64,000 nt of DNA from Candidatus Spongiisociaceae bacterium (GCA_965262915.1 OZ253564.1:3968001-4032000); one strand, 5' to 3'; shown: positions 1 through 9,859, numbered from the stretch's first letter. Program-made: numbers and translations. Notes: generated from the sequence alone by a model not told the origin.

Positions 1-724
1 AAAGACTCGGAGAGGCGCCACCAGAGAATGGCCGGCCGGCGGCCGGAGTTCGATCGCTATCCCGAGCGCTTGGCGCCGAACACCGGACGCCCGACTTGAT
101 CTGCTCCGTGCTGGAGGATCTCGGGGTGCCGACACGGTGTAGTCGCCGAGATCCTGGGACGCCGTGTTATCCGGCTGAACTGATCAATCTATGGGGCGGA
201 AGCGTTGGGTCCGGTAACGATGCGGAACATCCGCCCAAGGCTATAACGCATCTACGAGATGCTCGATACCGATCAGAGCCCCCTTAATCGTGGCCCGAGC
301 CTGGTATCTCGCTACGACGCAGACTTCCTCCTGAAGCCCCCGATCCCGGAGCCGTGACTTCGCTCTTCGAGACACTCCGGCACCGGTCTTTCTCGGATTG
401 GACCGAGGAAGAGAGTGGATGAGCCCGCTCAGATCCGATCCTTCCCGCCGTCCGTTGACCCGCGGTATCCGGCTGGCTTTCCCCCATATCGATCATCTGG
501 TAGCTGCGGATTCGCTCGGTGATGTGGAAAGAGTGGCCATCCTCCTACCCAGGCTCGTCTCCGGGATCCGCTCCCCATAGCGGCAAGTGGAAGCCGACTA
601 CCGGTAACGGGAGCGCGGACCCTCCTCCCTTGTCTCGGATAGGCTCGACACAGCGTCCCTACCCGTTCCCGCGTACAGAGCGAAACGGCAACGCGGCGCC
701 GGCGGCGATCACAGGAGTTAACAG

Positions 725-1411
725 ATGGCAACCACGAGGAACGACCGGACGACAATCGAGGAGTTCATCATCCCGCGGGGAACCGGCAAGGCCTTCCATC
801 TGGGCGCGAGCCAGATCCTGCGGATCACCGCCCATGAGGGCAAACAGGTCGCCGACGTCAAGTTCATCAACGCGCATGATCACAGGGAACAGTTCTGTGC
901 GTGGTGGTCATCGTGCCTGAACTCCGAGCGGCCTAGCAGTCTGATCACCGGCGGTACCAAGAGGATCACGGAACTCTTTTCCAAGCCTCCATGGGAACGG
1001 GTCCTGCTCCGTGTCATCGACGACAAGGTCGGAGACCATCTCTTCAACGGCGCCTGCTCCCCCCGGATCCGCGAACTGATGCCCGAATTCAAGTACCTCG
1101 GCAGCAAGACCTGTGTAGACCTCTTCCGGGAGGTCCTCGCCCCTCATGACATCGGTCTCGAAGACCTGGAAGCCTCCGGCACATTCAACGTCTTCATGCC
1201 GGTCCGCTTCAAGGATGACGAAGCCGGCACCTGGGAGTTCCTTCCACCATCCTGCGAAAAGGGTGACTTCATCGAGTTCCAAGCTGAAATGGACATCCTG
1301 GTTGCCGCAACCTCCTGCCCCCAAGTCGCCATCATCAACGACTACGACCCGAAGGCCATGATGTACCAGATCTTCGAACAACCCCACGAACCGCTACATT
1401 CTGCCCTGTAG
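725..1411 (+). CDS. DUF1989 / urea carboxylase-associated family protein
   Basis: 228-aa ORF with RBS (AGGAG); motifs IPRGTGKAF, GKQVAD, TFNVFM, GDFIEFQAEMDILVAATSCPQ typical of DUF1989. Confidence 0.85.
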   Translation: MATTRNDRTTIEEFIIPRGTGKAFHLGASQILRITAHEGKQVADVKFINAHDHREQFCAWWSSCLNSERPSSLITGGTKRITELFSKPPWERVLLRVIDDKVGDHLFNGACSPRIRELMPEFKYLGSKTCVDLFREVLAPHDIGLEDLEASGTFNVFMPVRFKDDEAGTWEFLPPSCEKGDFIEFQAEMDILVAATSCPQVAIINDYDPKAMMYQIFEQPHEPLHSAL

Positions 1412-1489
1412 CACGACGCCATGAGGCCGTTTACCTCTCTGCCTTCTCCAGGGTGGAAGGTGATCCAGGCACTTGCGGCGAGCACTCTG

Positions 1490-1770
1490 CTGGGACCTGG
1501 CCTCGATCAAGGGGTCTCAGCAGACCCGTGCCCTCCCCGTCGTCGATAAGTCCCCTCCTCAAGGCGATCATCGTCACCTCCACCAACAACCGGGCCGTCT
1601 TCGGAGTACTCGCCACCAACCGGTTTGCGGTTCTCTGCGCAGTCGCGACGAACCAGCCGTCACGAGTCATCCCGAGGCGATAGCGACGGCCGGGTTGTGG
1701 AACCTGGCGGTGGAGTCCTGGTCACGAAGCCGTGTGATCGCCATCACCCTGCTCCCCGACCTCCATACGA
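1490..1770 (-). pseudogene. Degraded IS3-family integrase (OrfB) remnant
   Basis: Minus-strand translation TRDGWFV...TARLLVEVTMIALRRG...GLLRPLDRGQ resembles decayed IS3 'TxxGWxY...LVxDALxMAL...HSDRGSQY'. Confidence 0.55.
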
Positions 1771-1969
1771 TAGGCCCGGGCTAACAACCGGGGGGATACC
1801 GCGTCACGAAGCGCGACCCATCCCGAGGCGACAGTGTCAAGAACCGGGCCAACGCGGGCATACCGGGCGTGTTGGTTGCAACCGGACAACTGACTGATCT
1901 GAACGGTCTTGGCCCAGGCCTTGGGGGGAGACGAATTGAGGCTTCGCTGTTTCCGCTTGGAGCCATAAA

Positions 1970-2118
1970 CCCCGCCCCCAGACCGGGGGAGGCCGATACA
2001 GCCCCATAAAGGCGCTCCACACACCAAGTTTCGATTGGGTCAGACCCGCCCCCGGCCCAACGGGCCAACCCCGTCATCGCAGTGGCCCCAAAGAACCGGG
2101 CACCATCCACTATGAGTG
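1970..2118 (-). mobile_element. Orphan left end of an IS110-family element with bridge-RNA target-loop-like segment
   Basis: Starts CACTCATA like the left end at 27416 and shares GGGCGGGTCTGACCCAA...TCGGCC scaffold with 27444-27500; no transposase follows. Confidence 0.7.
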
Positions 2119-2140
2119 AATCTCAGTGATTGCCATCAAG

Positions 2141-2185
2141 GGGATGACTGAGACCTACAACCGTTTCCACGATCCCCACGAGAAC
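2141..2185 (+). pseudogene. 15-codon fragment resembling C-terminus of a type IIG/DrmMI-like N6-adenine methyltransferase
   Basis: GMTETYNRFHDPHEN resembles recalled GLTKTYNRFHDP motif; abuts drmC remnant. Confidence 0.45.
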
Positions 2186-2192
2186 AGGGCCG

Positions 2193-2632
2193 AGCACCTA
2201 CGTCTACTTCGACGGACCCCAAGCCTTCGCTCAACTCGTTCGACGAATGGACAACGTACCGGGATTGCGAGTCACTCTCCTGCTGAACATCCAGCGGGCC
2301 AGGGGGGACACGACCGCCGCGGACCGGCTTGTCCGGCGGTTCACACCGACCGGTTCTGGGGAACGGACTGGCCGGGCTCGTCCCAGCCCGCCGTCTATTA
2401 CGACCCCCGCTCGCTGGATCCGTCCAGTCCCTCCGGTGTACTGCACGCCAAGGCAGTGGTGGTGGACGACGAGGCCGTCTTCATCACCTCCGCCAACCTC
2501 ACCGGAGCCGCTCTCGACCGCAACATCGAGCTTGGCGTATTGATCCGCCACCGGGCACTAGCCGCCGGCGTCGCCAACCACTTCCAAGGCCTCATCGACG
2601 CCCGACTGTTGAGCCCGCTCCCAACCGCCTAG
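2193..2632 (+). pseudogene. drmC: DISARM phospholipase D-like nuclease DrmC, 5'-truncated and frameshifted
   Basis: STYVYFDGPQAF...LRVTLLLNIQR then frameshift near 2343 into DRFWGTDWPG...VYYDPRSL...LHAKAVVVDD (HxKxxxxD) ITSANLT...RNIELG. Confidence 0.75.
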
Positions 2633-2791
2633 ACGACTAGTCCCGAGGTGTGTGGGCCGGCAACCCGAAGGCCATCATGCACCGAATCTTCGAACAGGGG
2701 GACTAGCGACGAGAGGTCCGGGGAATCCGAACAGTCAACCTCAGACCGTGAGGAGGAACGTCGCGGTCGCCGCTGGGCGTCCCTGTGGATT

Positions 2792-4987
2792 TCAATTGGG
2801 CCCGTAGAAGGGGGCTTCCTGGGACAGAACAGTTAGGGTTACCCGCTCTATGAACCTTGCGAGCTCCGGCCATCGGAAATCAACGCCTTGGTAGCAGGTA
2901 GACGATCGACTCTTGGTCAGGATCGCGGCTGTGTTCCCGACGGTCGTGATGGATGCCTCGTATGGTCCTTCAACTGTCCTGGTCAACTCGATGTGAGTAT
3001 CTCCCGTGTCGAGCTTCCAGGCTCCCGCCATGGCACCGGCCGCTTGTCGCTCGGTCGTCTTGTTCATCGCGCCCGGGAGTCCTTCGAGAAAGGCTGCTAC
3101 GTGTGCTGTCGGTTCGGGCACTCCGGGATCGGTCATACGCGACCGAGCGTCCTGAGCAATCAATTCCGATGAGAGGTTGCCTACCCAAACCGATGCTTCG
3201 TAGTGGCCTTCTGCTGTTCGGTCCAGACCAACGTGTATGTCCCCCTTGGAAAGGTCCCATCGGCGCGGGCGCAGTGTGTAATGGGTACCGCGTCTGGATC
3301 CGCGGCGTTCCAGGTGACCGCCGTCGACGAGGCGGTTGAGTATCTTGACCGCAGCGGTCCGGTCCAGGCCTGTGGCGGCTCTCACAGTGGTGTTGGTGAT
3401 GGGACCCGTCACCGCGAGCCCGAGTACCTCGGTGTGGAAGTCTCTACTCTCGATGCGGGTACCGTCGGGTCTTGCGATGTCGGGGCTCAATGCGTAGGCC
3501 GCCCCCGCCCCCCTCCCCTGCTGCTGTAGGAACCCCCCATCCCTGAGGCGCGCCAGCGTCCTGCTCGCTCTAGAGGCGTCCACGTCCAGAAGGTTCCTGA
3601 CCACCGTGTTGGTAAGGGTCTCACCGCGGGAGGCTCGGACAAGCAGACCTAGATCGGACGGTTCAAGACCGGCAGCCAACTCGTCGTCGCCCACCGAGTA
3701 CGGCCGGTGCGCGGCGGCGGTGGCTGATGTGAGGGTCCGCGCGAGCCAGGCACGCTCGCGTGGCGACGCCGCCGAGCCCAACCTGAGCGTGACCGTTACC
3801 GACGAACCATCCGCCTCGAACTCGGGCGGCGCCATCAGGTTCAGCGCCATGTGACGGTGCATCAGATCGACACCACGCCCGGCGTCCTCAGCCACACCGT
3901 AGTAGCGAAGCGTCCTGATGACCAGCACATTGCGAGGGATGGACTGCTGGGAAAGAGTAGCCAAAGAAACACCGCGGGGCAGCCCGCCCGGTGAGCGCAC
4001 CACGACCCGGTCCGGCCGTATCTCCACACGTACCGCTTCGCCCCGCGCTGCGTACGAACGGTGCGCGACGGCGTTGGCGATAGCCTCGCGGACTACTGCT
4101 TGGGGTAGACGATGTAACTCGTGACGCCAGACACCGATCGTGGCCATATCCACACCCAGTTCCTCCAACACAAAGGCTGCGGTGTCGGCCACCTGGTTCT
4201 GGACGGGCCCGTTGAACTCCTCACGGCGGTCGTAGTCGATGCCGTCGTCGCGGTAGCGGAACAACTCCACATGCGCCTTGCCCAAAGCTGCGCCGGGGTT
4301 CGGGAGCAGGAACAGCGCACCGGCAACGCTGAGCCGGTCCCGGTCACCGTTAAGCACCAGAAAACCGTTGTCGCGAAGCCGGGCCGACAATTCCGGCGAG
4401 GTGCCGTTCTGTACCCTCCAGTGCCACGCCTCGGCCAACCGTTGTCCCAGATCAGGATCGATGTCGTCAGAGGTCAGCCCGGTAGGGGAGGACTCCACCG
4501 ACCGTACGAACCGCCTGGCAATGAAGTCGGCGAGGTCCGCGCCCAGCAGCGTATGGTTGGACGCGCCCCTACGCTGCTTGACCTGACCGTTGGGCAACTG
4601 CGCGAACGAGTCCTTGCGCGGAGCCACCGATATAGCGACCACTACGCGGCCGTCAACCCGAAGACGGTGGATCCGATAGCGACCGAGGTCCCGAACCTGA
4701 TCCAGCGCCTGGCGCAAGCGCGTCTCGCTGCCGACACTCAGGTCGGCGCCCTTGACCAACCCTCGGTCGGTCACTCCCACTAGGATCACCCCACCGTCCG
4801 CGTTCGAGAACGCCATCGCCGCTTCGGCGATACGGCCGCGGGAGGCACCCTCCTTGAACTCGACGTACTCGCCCTCAGCAGGGAACTCCGCCGCGAGCTG
4901 CGCGGCGGTGAGTTCTCCTGCCGGTTGAGCCCGGCAACCCGGATGGAACATAGGATATGACATTATCACAAGCCTAATTGAAGGCAC
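2792..4987 (-). CDS. AlbA_2 (Schlafen-like) + HATPase_c_4/RecG-C + tandem winged-HTH protein with C-terminal extension
   Basis: EGEYVEFKE, AFSNADGGVILVGVTD, REAIANAVAHRSY, EDAGRGV, two wHTH-like segments; true start may be a downstream ATG (MSYP/MFHP). Confidence 0.85.
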   Translation of the reverse strand: MPSIRLVIMSYPMFHPGCRAQPAGELTAAQLAAEFPAEGEYVEFKEGASRGRIAEAAMAFSNADGGVILVGVTDRGLVKGADLSVGSETRLRQALDQVRDLGRYRIHRLRVDGRVVVAISVAPRKDSFAQLPNGQVKQRRGASNHTLLGADLADFIARRFVRSVESSPTGLTSDDIDPDLGQRLAEAWHWRVQNGTSPELSARLRDNGFLVLNGDRDRLSVAGALFLLPNPGAALGKAHVELFRYRDDGIDYDRREEFNGPVQNQVADTAAFVLEELGVDMATIGVWRHELHRLPQAVVREAIANAVAHRSYAARGEAVRVEIRPDRVVVRSPGGLPRGVSLATLSQQSIPRNVLVIRTLRYYGVAEDAGRGVDLMHRHMALNLMAPPEFEADGSSVTVTLRLGSAASPRERAWLARTLTSATAAAHRPYSVGDDELAAGLEPSDLGLLVRASRGETLTNTVVRNLLDVDASRASRTLARLRDGGFLQQQGRGAGAAYALSPDIARPDGTRIESRDFHTEVLGLAVTGPITNTTVRAATGLDRTAAVKILNRLVDGGHLERRGSRRGTHYTLRPRRWDLSKGDIHVGLDRTAEGHYEASVWVGNLSSELIAQDARSRMTDPGVPEPTAHVAAFLEGLPGAMNKTTERQAAGAMAGAWKLDTGDTHIELTRTVEGPYEASITTVGNTAAILTKSRSSTCYQGVDFRWPELARFIERVTLTVLSQEAPFYGPN

Positions 4988-4993
4988 TGCATG

Positions 4994-5002
4994 ATTATAT
5001 CA
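4994..5002 (-). promoter_or_regulatory. Extended -10 promoter (TGnTATAAT) for the AlbA_2 gene
   Basis: Minus strand reads TGATATAAT just upstream of the ORF. Confidence 0.6.
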
Positions 5003-5010
5003 TAATTGGG

Positions 5011-5110
5011 GATGACCCCCCTATGGATCAACAAGGTGACTGTGGCGGCGGTAACCATTGCTGGTATCGGGTAGCGAGTCGGTGGTTGTGGCGGAGGGCC
5101 GCTCGATTCG
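5011..5110 (-). mobile_element. Orphan right end of IS110-family element
   Basis: Encodes HNHRLATRYQQWL (cf. HNHHLATRYQNWL in 27646-28875) and ends TTGATCCATAGGGGGGTCATC (cf. TTGACAACCATAGGAGCATC at 28872-28891). Confidence 0.75.
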
Positions 5111-5413
5111 TGACGTGAGGATGGGAGGGGTAGCCGTACCTGGCTAAAGCGGTTCGAGGAGATCGGTGACCTCGTCCGCTCTCGCCCGTCCCAGACCGGC
5201 GTTGCCCTTCCAAGTGACCATCTTCATGCTCGACAGGGGTCGAGGCGCCTGATCTCACCCGATGGAACCGGTCCTCCATCGAGGGTGTCCGGTTCTGACC
5301 TCACCGGAGCGACCCGGTGGTCGCACTGTGGACAGCGCGTGACGGCATCGGCCGTCCAAGCGGAGTCGAGTGATAAACTCGAATATGGCTGATAATCGAG
5401 AGGTGACCAGCGA

Positions 5414-6289
5414 ATGACGATGAGGCAGTTCGACTACGTTGCACCTACGAGCATTGAGGAAGTGACCGAACTCCTATCGAGCCACGGGAGCGACGCAAAG
5501 ATCCTCGCCGGTGGTCAGTCCCTTGTAATCCTGCTCCGGCAGCGGCTTCTCGCACCCACCGTTGTCATCAGCCTGAGCCGGGTCGAGGCGTTGAGGGGCA
5601 TCACCGATAGCGGCAACGGCCTCGAGATCGGGGCTATGACCACGTATTCGGATGTCTCCCGCAACGCAATCGTCGATCAGGCCGCGCCGACGCTGGCGAA
5701 GGCAGCCGGCTCCGTGGGATCCCGTCACATCCGGAACCGGGGCACAGTCGGCGGGAGTCTGGCCCATGCGGACCCTGCCGGGGATGTGCCCGTAGCTCTG
5801 CTCGCCCTGGATGCATCGATCACCCTCGCCGGACAGGGAACGGTTCGCACCTGTTCATCCAATGACTGGTTCACCGGGTTGTTCGAAGTTGCGATGTCGG
5901 ATGATGAAGTGCTCACCGGGGTAACCATCCCGAGGCCACCGGAGATAGTCAGTCACGGATACCACCGGTTCAGCTACCGGGAAGGTGAATACCCGATGAT
6001 CGTAGCCGCTGCCGTCCTCGGTTGGGATGAGGGAGTGTGCACGTCGGCGCGGGTAGCCATGGGGGGTGTAGGCGCCCATCCACAACGACTCCCCGCAGTC
6101 GAAGACCGGCTGCTGGGCTCCCGAGCGGATGCTCGTGACATCGACGCGGCAGCCGTGATCGCCAGCGAACTCATACATCCACCGTCGGATGTACGCGGCT
6201 CCACAGGGTGGAAAAGAAAGGTAGCGGTGGAATACATGAAGCGTGCGCTTGCGGAAGCGGGCCGGGGTCCGGAGAACGGTCATGGCTGA
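5414..6289 (+). CDS. Xanthine dehydrogenase family FAD-binding subunit (CoxM/CutM-like)
   Basis: AKILAGGQSL, IRNRGTVGGSLAHADPAGD. Confidence 0.92.
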   Translation: MTMRQFDYVAPTSIEEVTELLSSHGSDAKILAGGQSLVILLRQRLLAPTVVISLSRVEALRGITDSGNGLEIGAMTTYSDVSRNAIVDQAAPTLAKAAGSVGSRHIRNRGTVGGSLAHADPAGDVPVALLALDASITLAGQGTVRTCSSNDWFTGLFEVAMSDDEVLTGVTIPRPPEIVSHGYHRFSYREGEYPMIVAAAVLGWDEGVCTSARVAMGGVGAHPQRLPAVEDRLLGSRADARDIDAAAVIASELIHPPSDVRGSTGWKRKVAVEYMKRALAEAGRGPENGHG

Positions 6290-6755
6290 GCAGGACATCA
6301 CCGTCGTAATCAACAACGAGTCGATTTCGACGAGGGTCGCCGGTAACCGACTACTCCGTGAGTTCATCAGGGAAGATCTCGGACTCACCGGAACCAAGTC
6401 TGCCTGCGAGGACGGGATGTGCGGCGCATGTTCCGTCCATCTGGACGGTGACGTGGTCAAGTCGTGCCTCATACTCGCCTCGGAGGCCGATGGACGCACC
6501 CTGACCACGATCGAGGGACTCGGGTCGCCCGACGACCTTCACCCGGTACAGCAGGCCATGATCGACAACTTCGGGTTCCAGTGCGGGTTCTGCACCCCGG
6601 GTTTCATCATGACGATCGTCGACATCCTGGACAAGGACGTTGTGCACGATCCGGATTCGCTGCGTGAGGATCTTGTGGGCAACATCTGCCGCTGTACGGG
6701 GTACACCAGGATCGTGGCCGCGGTCATGGATGCCGCCGCTAGGAGGACCCAATGA
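6282..6755 (+). CDS. Xanthine dehydrogenase family [2Fe-2S] subunit (CoxS-like)
   Basis: CEDGMCGAC...C and QCGFCTPG...ICRCTGY; ATG at 6282 overlaps upstream gene end. Confidence 0.92.
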   Translation: MAEQDITVVINNESISTRVAGNRLLREFIREDLGLTGTKSACEDGMCGACSVHLDGDVVKSCLILASEADGRTLTTIEGLGSPDDLHPVQQAMIDNFGFQCGFCTPGFIMTIVDILDKDVVHDPDSLREDLVGNICRCTGYTRIVAAVMDAAARRTQ

Positions 6756-9094
6756 AGAAGCCCGGTAACTCGAACGGTCTCATCGGAACCTCCCTCCCCA
6801 ACGTCGACGGGCGGGCATTGGTCACCGGCCGGGCGAAGTACACGGTCGACCTGAGCTTCCCCCGCATGGCCCACGGGAAGACCGTCCGGAGCACCTTCGC
6901 CCATGCCCTCATCAAGTCCGTGGATGTGGAGCGGGCGCGCGAAGTGGATGGTGTGCTACTGGTCATAACAGGGGAGGACATCTCCGAACTCGGCCCCGTG
7001 GCGAACGGCCCGATTCTCGACATGCTGCTCCTTGCCACCGGAAAGGTCCGATATGTCGGTGAGCCGGTGGCCGTCGTGATCGGCGTTACCGAAGAAGCCG
7101 CCCAGGAAGGCGCGGACCTGGTCGAAGTCAGCTACGAACCGCTCCGTCATCTGCTGGACCCGGAAGTTGCTATGCGAAGCGACGCCCCCCTGATCCACGA
7201 GGGTCTCGACGGAGTGGAGGGCAATGTCTGCTGGAGGCAAGCGACCAGGGCAGGCGATATCGAAACCGCACTCGCCGAAGCCGACTTAGTCATCAGTAGG
7301 CGTTTGGTCACCAGCAAGGCCCACGCCATGCCTATGGAAACCCATGCCGCCGTCGCCCGATACGACGACCTGTCCCGCACCATCACGCTATGGACCGGCA
7401 CCCAGCAACCGCATCTCCTACGCAATGAGATAGCGCGGGTTTTCGGCCTCCCCCAGAGCAAGGTCCGCGTCATAAAGCCGTACATGGGGGGAGCGTTCGG
7501 CCACAAGGAAGGTCTCCATACCAACGAGGCCATGGCAATCTGGGCCGCCCGTGCGCTACGAAGACCGGTCCGCATCGAGCTCAGCCGGACCGAGGAGTTC
7601 GCGGCGACGGTCAGCCGCAACCCTCACATCCGGGACGCCACGATCGCAGTACGCAGCGACGGGAAGATACTCGGCTGGAAGGAGACGATCACCCAGGACG
7701 TCGGCGCCTATACCAATATCAGCCCAGCGGTGCTCGCGCTGTCCGAGTGGGTCACGGTCGGTCCCTACAAGACTCCCGCCCTCGATATCGAAGGTGCGGT
7801 CGTCTACACCAACAAGCCTCCGTCCGGCGCTTTCCGAGGCTTCGGCAACCCGCAGGCAACCTTCGCGCGCGAGGTCATGATCGACATCGCCGCTCGCGAA
7901 CTGGGGATGGACCCACTGGAGTTCCGCTACAGGAACCTCTTCCGGTCCGAGGACCTACCGACTTCCACTGCCAACGGCCTGAAGCTCGTCACGCTACCGA
8001 TCGAGGAGGCGACCGATGCTGTAGCCGAGGCAATCGGATACGAAGCGATGCGGTCTTCGAAACCGCCCTGGAGGGGCGTGGGCATAGCGAACATGCTCGA
8101 ATGGGGCGGTGGGTGCCGCTGGCATGTGAACTACGACGTGGACATGTCATCGGTAACGGTCGCTATGAACGCCGATGGCAGCGTGGTGATTGCCACCGAT
8201 GCCGCCGACTCCGGACAGGGCCACGCAACCATTTTCACCCAGATCGTCTCTGATCGCCTGGGTGTGGACCCCGAGACCGTGACGGTGCTGCAGTCCGATA
8301 CCGAGACTTCACCATTCGGGTTGGGTACGTTCGCCAGCCGTACCGCGGTCGTACATGGTTCGGCGCTCACGAGGGCTTGTGACACCCTGGCCGAGAAGCT
8401 GATGCGGGTTGCCGGGTCAAACCTCGAGGCCGATCCCGATGACCTCGAGATCGCCGACGGTCAGGTGCGCATCCGGGGCACCAATCGCGGAATCCCTGTC
8501 ACGACGGTGGCCACCCTCGCACACTACGTGCGTGCGGCGCTTCCGGACGGCATGGAGACTACGGCACTGGTAGCAAGCGCGAGTTTCGACACACCCTCGG
8601 ACGTACCCGACGAGAACGGCAACGGCAACTTCGCAGCCAACTACACCACGTCGTCGACCATGGTGGTGGTAGAGGTGGACCCGAGCACCGGCAAGGTGAC
8701 CATATTGGACTGGGCGAGCGCGGAGGATGTCGGACGGGCGATCAACCCGGACCTGCTCAAGGGACAGCTCCAAGGTGGCGTCGCCCAAGGGATCGGTTTC
8801 GCGCTCGGCGAAGACCTTATCTTCGACGAGTCGGGGACTGTTCTCAATCCGTCGATGGCGGACTATCAGGTTCCGACCGCGCCCCAAGTGCCTTTGATCG
8901 AGGACAAACTCATGGCTATAGAGAGCCTCGACCCCACCTATCCGCTCCAGCACAAAGGGATCGGTGAGAGCGGGATCACGCCGGCCGCCGCCGCAATAGC
9001 GAACGCGGTGTTCGACGCGATCGGTGTACCCATCACAACGCTGCCAATCACACCGGAAAAGGTACTGGCAGCAATCGAGAGCCGAGCCGACTAG
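6752..9094 (+). CDS. Xanthine dehydrogenase family molybdopterin-binding subunit
   Basis: MGGAFGHK, AFRGFGNPQ, SGQGH, GQLQGGVAQGIG, KGIGE. Confidence 0.92.
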   Translation: MKKPGNSNGLIGTSLPNVDGRALVTGRAKYTVDLSFPRMAHGKTVRSTFAHALIKSVDVERAREVDGVLLVITGEDISELGPVANGPILDMLLLATGKVRYVGEPVAVVIGVTEEAAQEGADLVEVSYEPLRHLLDPEVAMRSDAPLIHEGLDGVEGNVCWRQATRAGDIETALAEADLVISRRLVTSKAHAMPMETHAAVARYDDLSRTITLWTGTQQPHLLRNEIARVFGLPQSKVRVIKPYMGGAFGHKEGLHTNEAMAIWAARALRRPVRIELSRTEEFAATVSRNPHIRDATIAVRSDGKILGWKETITQDVGAYTNISPAVLALSEWVTVGPYKTPALDIEGAVVYTNKPPSGAFRGFGNPQATFAREVMIDIAARELGMDPLEFRYRNLFRSEDLPTSTANGLKLVTLPIEEATDAVAEAIGYEAMRSSKPPWRGVGIANMLEWGGGCRWHVNYDVDMSSVTVAMNADGSVVIATDAADSGQGHATIFTQIVSDRLGVDPETVTVLQSDTETSPFGLGTFASRTAVVHGSALTRACDTLAEKLMRVAGSNLEADPDDLEIADGQVRIRGTNRGIPVTTVATLAHYVRAALPDGMETTALVASASFDTPSDVPDENGNGNFAANYTTSSTMVVVEVDPSTGKVTILDWASAEDVGRAINPDLLKGQLQGGVAQGIGFALGEDLIFDESGTVLNPSMADYQVPTAPQVPLIEDKLMAIESLDPTYPLQHKGIGESGITPAAAAIANAVFDAIGVPITTLPITPEKVLAAIESRAD

Positions 9095-9175
9095 GGGTCT
9101 TCGGGCGGCGCGGTTGTGTGCGTTGGTGAAGCCGTAGGCCACGCGGCGTAGGACTGGGGTGAAGGCTGTTGTGCC
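9095..9175 (-). pseudogene. ISL3 transposase C-terminal remnant
   Basis: Minus strand VLRRVAYGFTNAHN resembles ISL3 'KRxAYGFxN' tail. Confidence 0.45.
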
Positions 9176-9235
9176 TTCGATGGCGGGCTTCGCGATCAGC
9201 CACGGGACGCGGCTGGGCTATACCCTTACGCCTCG

Positions 9236-9859
9236 TCAGGCATCGGTGTCGTGCTCGTGCGGCATGTTGCAGGCGCTGTTCTGATGACGCCATATCCTGG
9301 CTCGCCACTTCCACCCGGCTGCTTCCACAATACGCTCCGCAACTCCGTCATTCCATTGCCACTCCTTCTCTCTATCTACGAGTACATGGAGACTGGTAGG
9401 GGGGTACTCCGACGAGAACAAGTAGACCGGATCTGGGTCTAGCAACACGGCGGCACGCTCACCTACGTACTCTGCTCCTCCCCACCACGCAGCGAAAGGG
9501 CCGCCCAGACCCTCAGCAGCCTCCCTCAGTGAAGGCTCATCTGGCTGGGCAAGCCTGTACACCAACTCGATCCTGTCATCACCCATACCGGTCGACCTGA
9601 CCATGTCGTTGATAATCTCGCGGGCGCTACGGAAAGCATCGGAGAAGGCCGGCTCAGAGCCGCGGCTCTCATCGACCGACCAGACATGGACGTGGGGGGA
9701 CTCTAAGGGCGCGGGCTCGTCTTGGGGCAAATAGCGGAGCTTGTCACCCTTCCTCTCGTAGACAGTCGTCCATCCGTAGCGGACAATCTCGTACACGAAC
9801 TCACCATCGCCATGCTCACACAGCTCATCAGACATCTTCGAACATGCCCGTTGAATCAC
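9236..9859 (-). CDS. Hypothetical protein
   Basis: 207-aa ORF with protein-like composition; no family recognised. Confidence 0.5.
   Translation of the reverse strand: MIQRACSKMSDELCEHGDGEFVYEIVRYGWTTVYERKGDKLRYLPQDEPAPLESPHVHVWSVDESRGSEPAFSDAFRSAREIINDMVRSTGMGDDRIELVYRLAQPDEPSLREAAEGLGGPFAAWWGGAEYVGERAAVLLDPDPVYLFSSEYPPTSLHVLVDREKEWQWNDGVAERIVEAAGWKWRARIWRHQNSACNMPHEHDTDA

Noticed and set aside
1-720. Short ORFs before the DUF1989 gene, and long antisense ORFs throughout
   Set aside because: No recognisable motifs; consistent with shadow ORFs of high-GC DNA
6752-9094. Aerobic CO dehydrogenase (coxMSL)
   Set aside because: Lacks form I AYxCSFR and form II AYRGAGR motifs (has AFRGFG); the 60256-62682 subunit has AYRGFG
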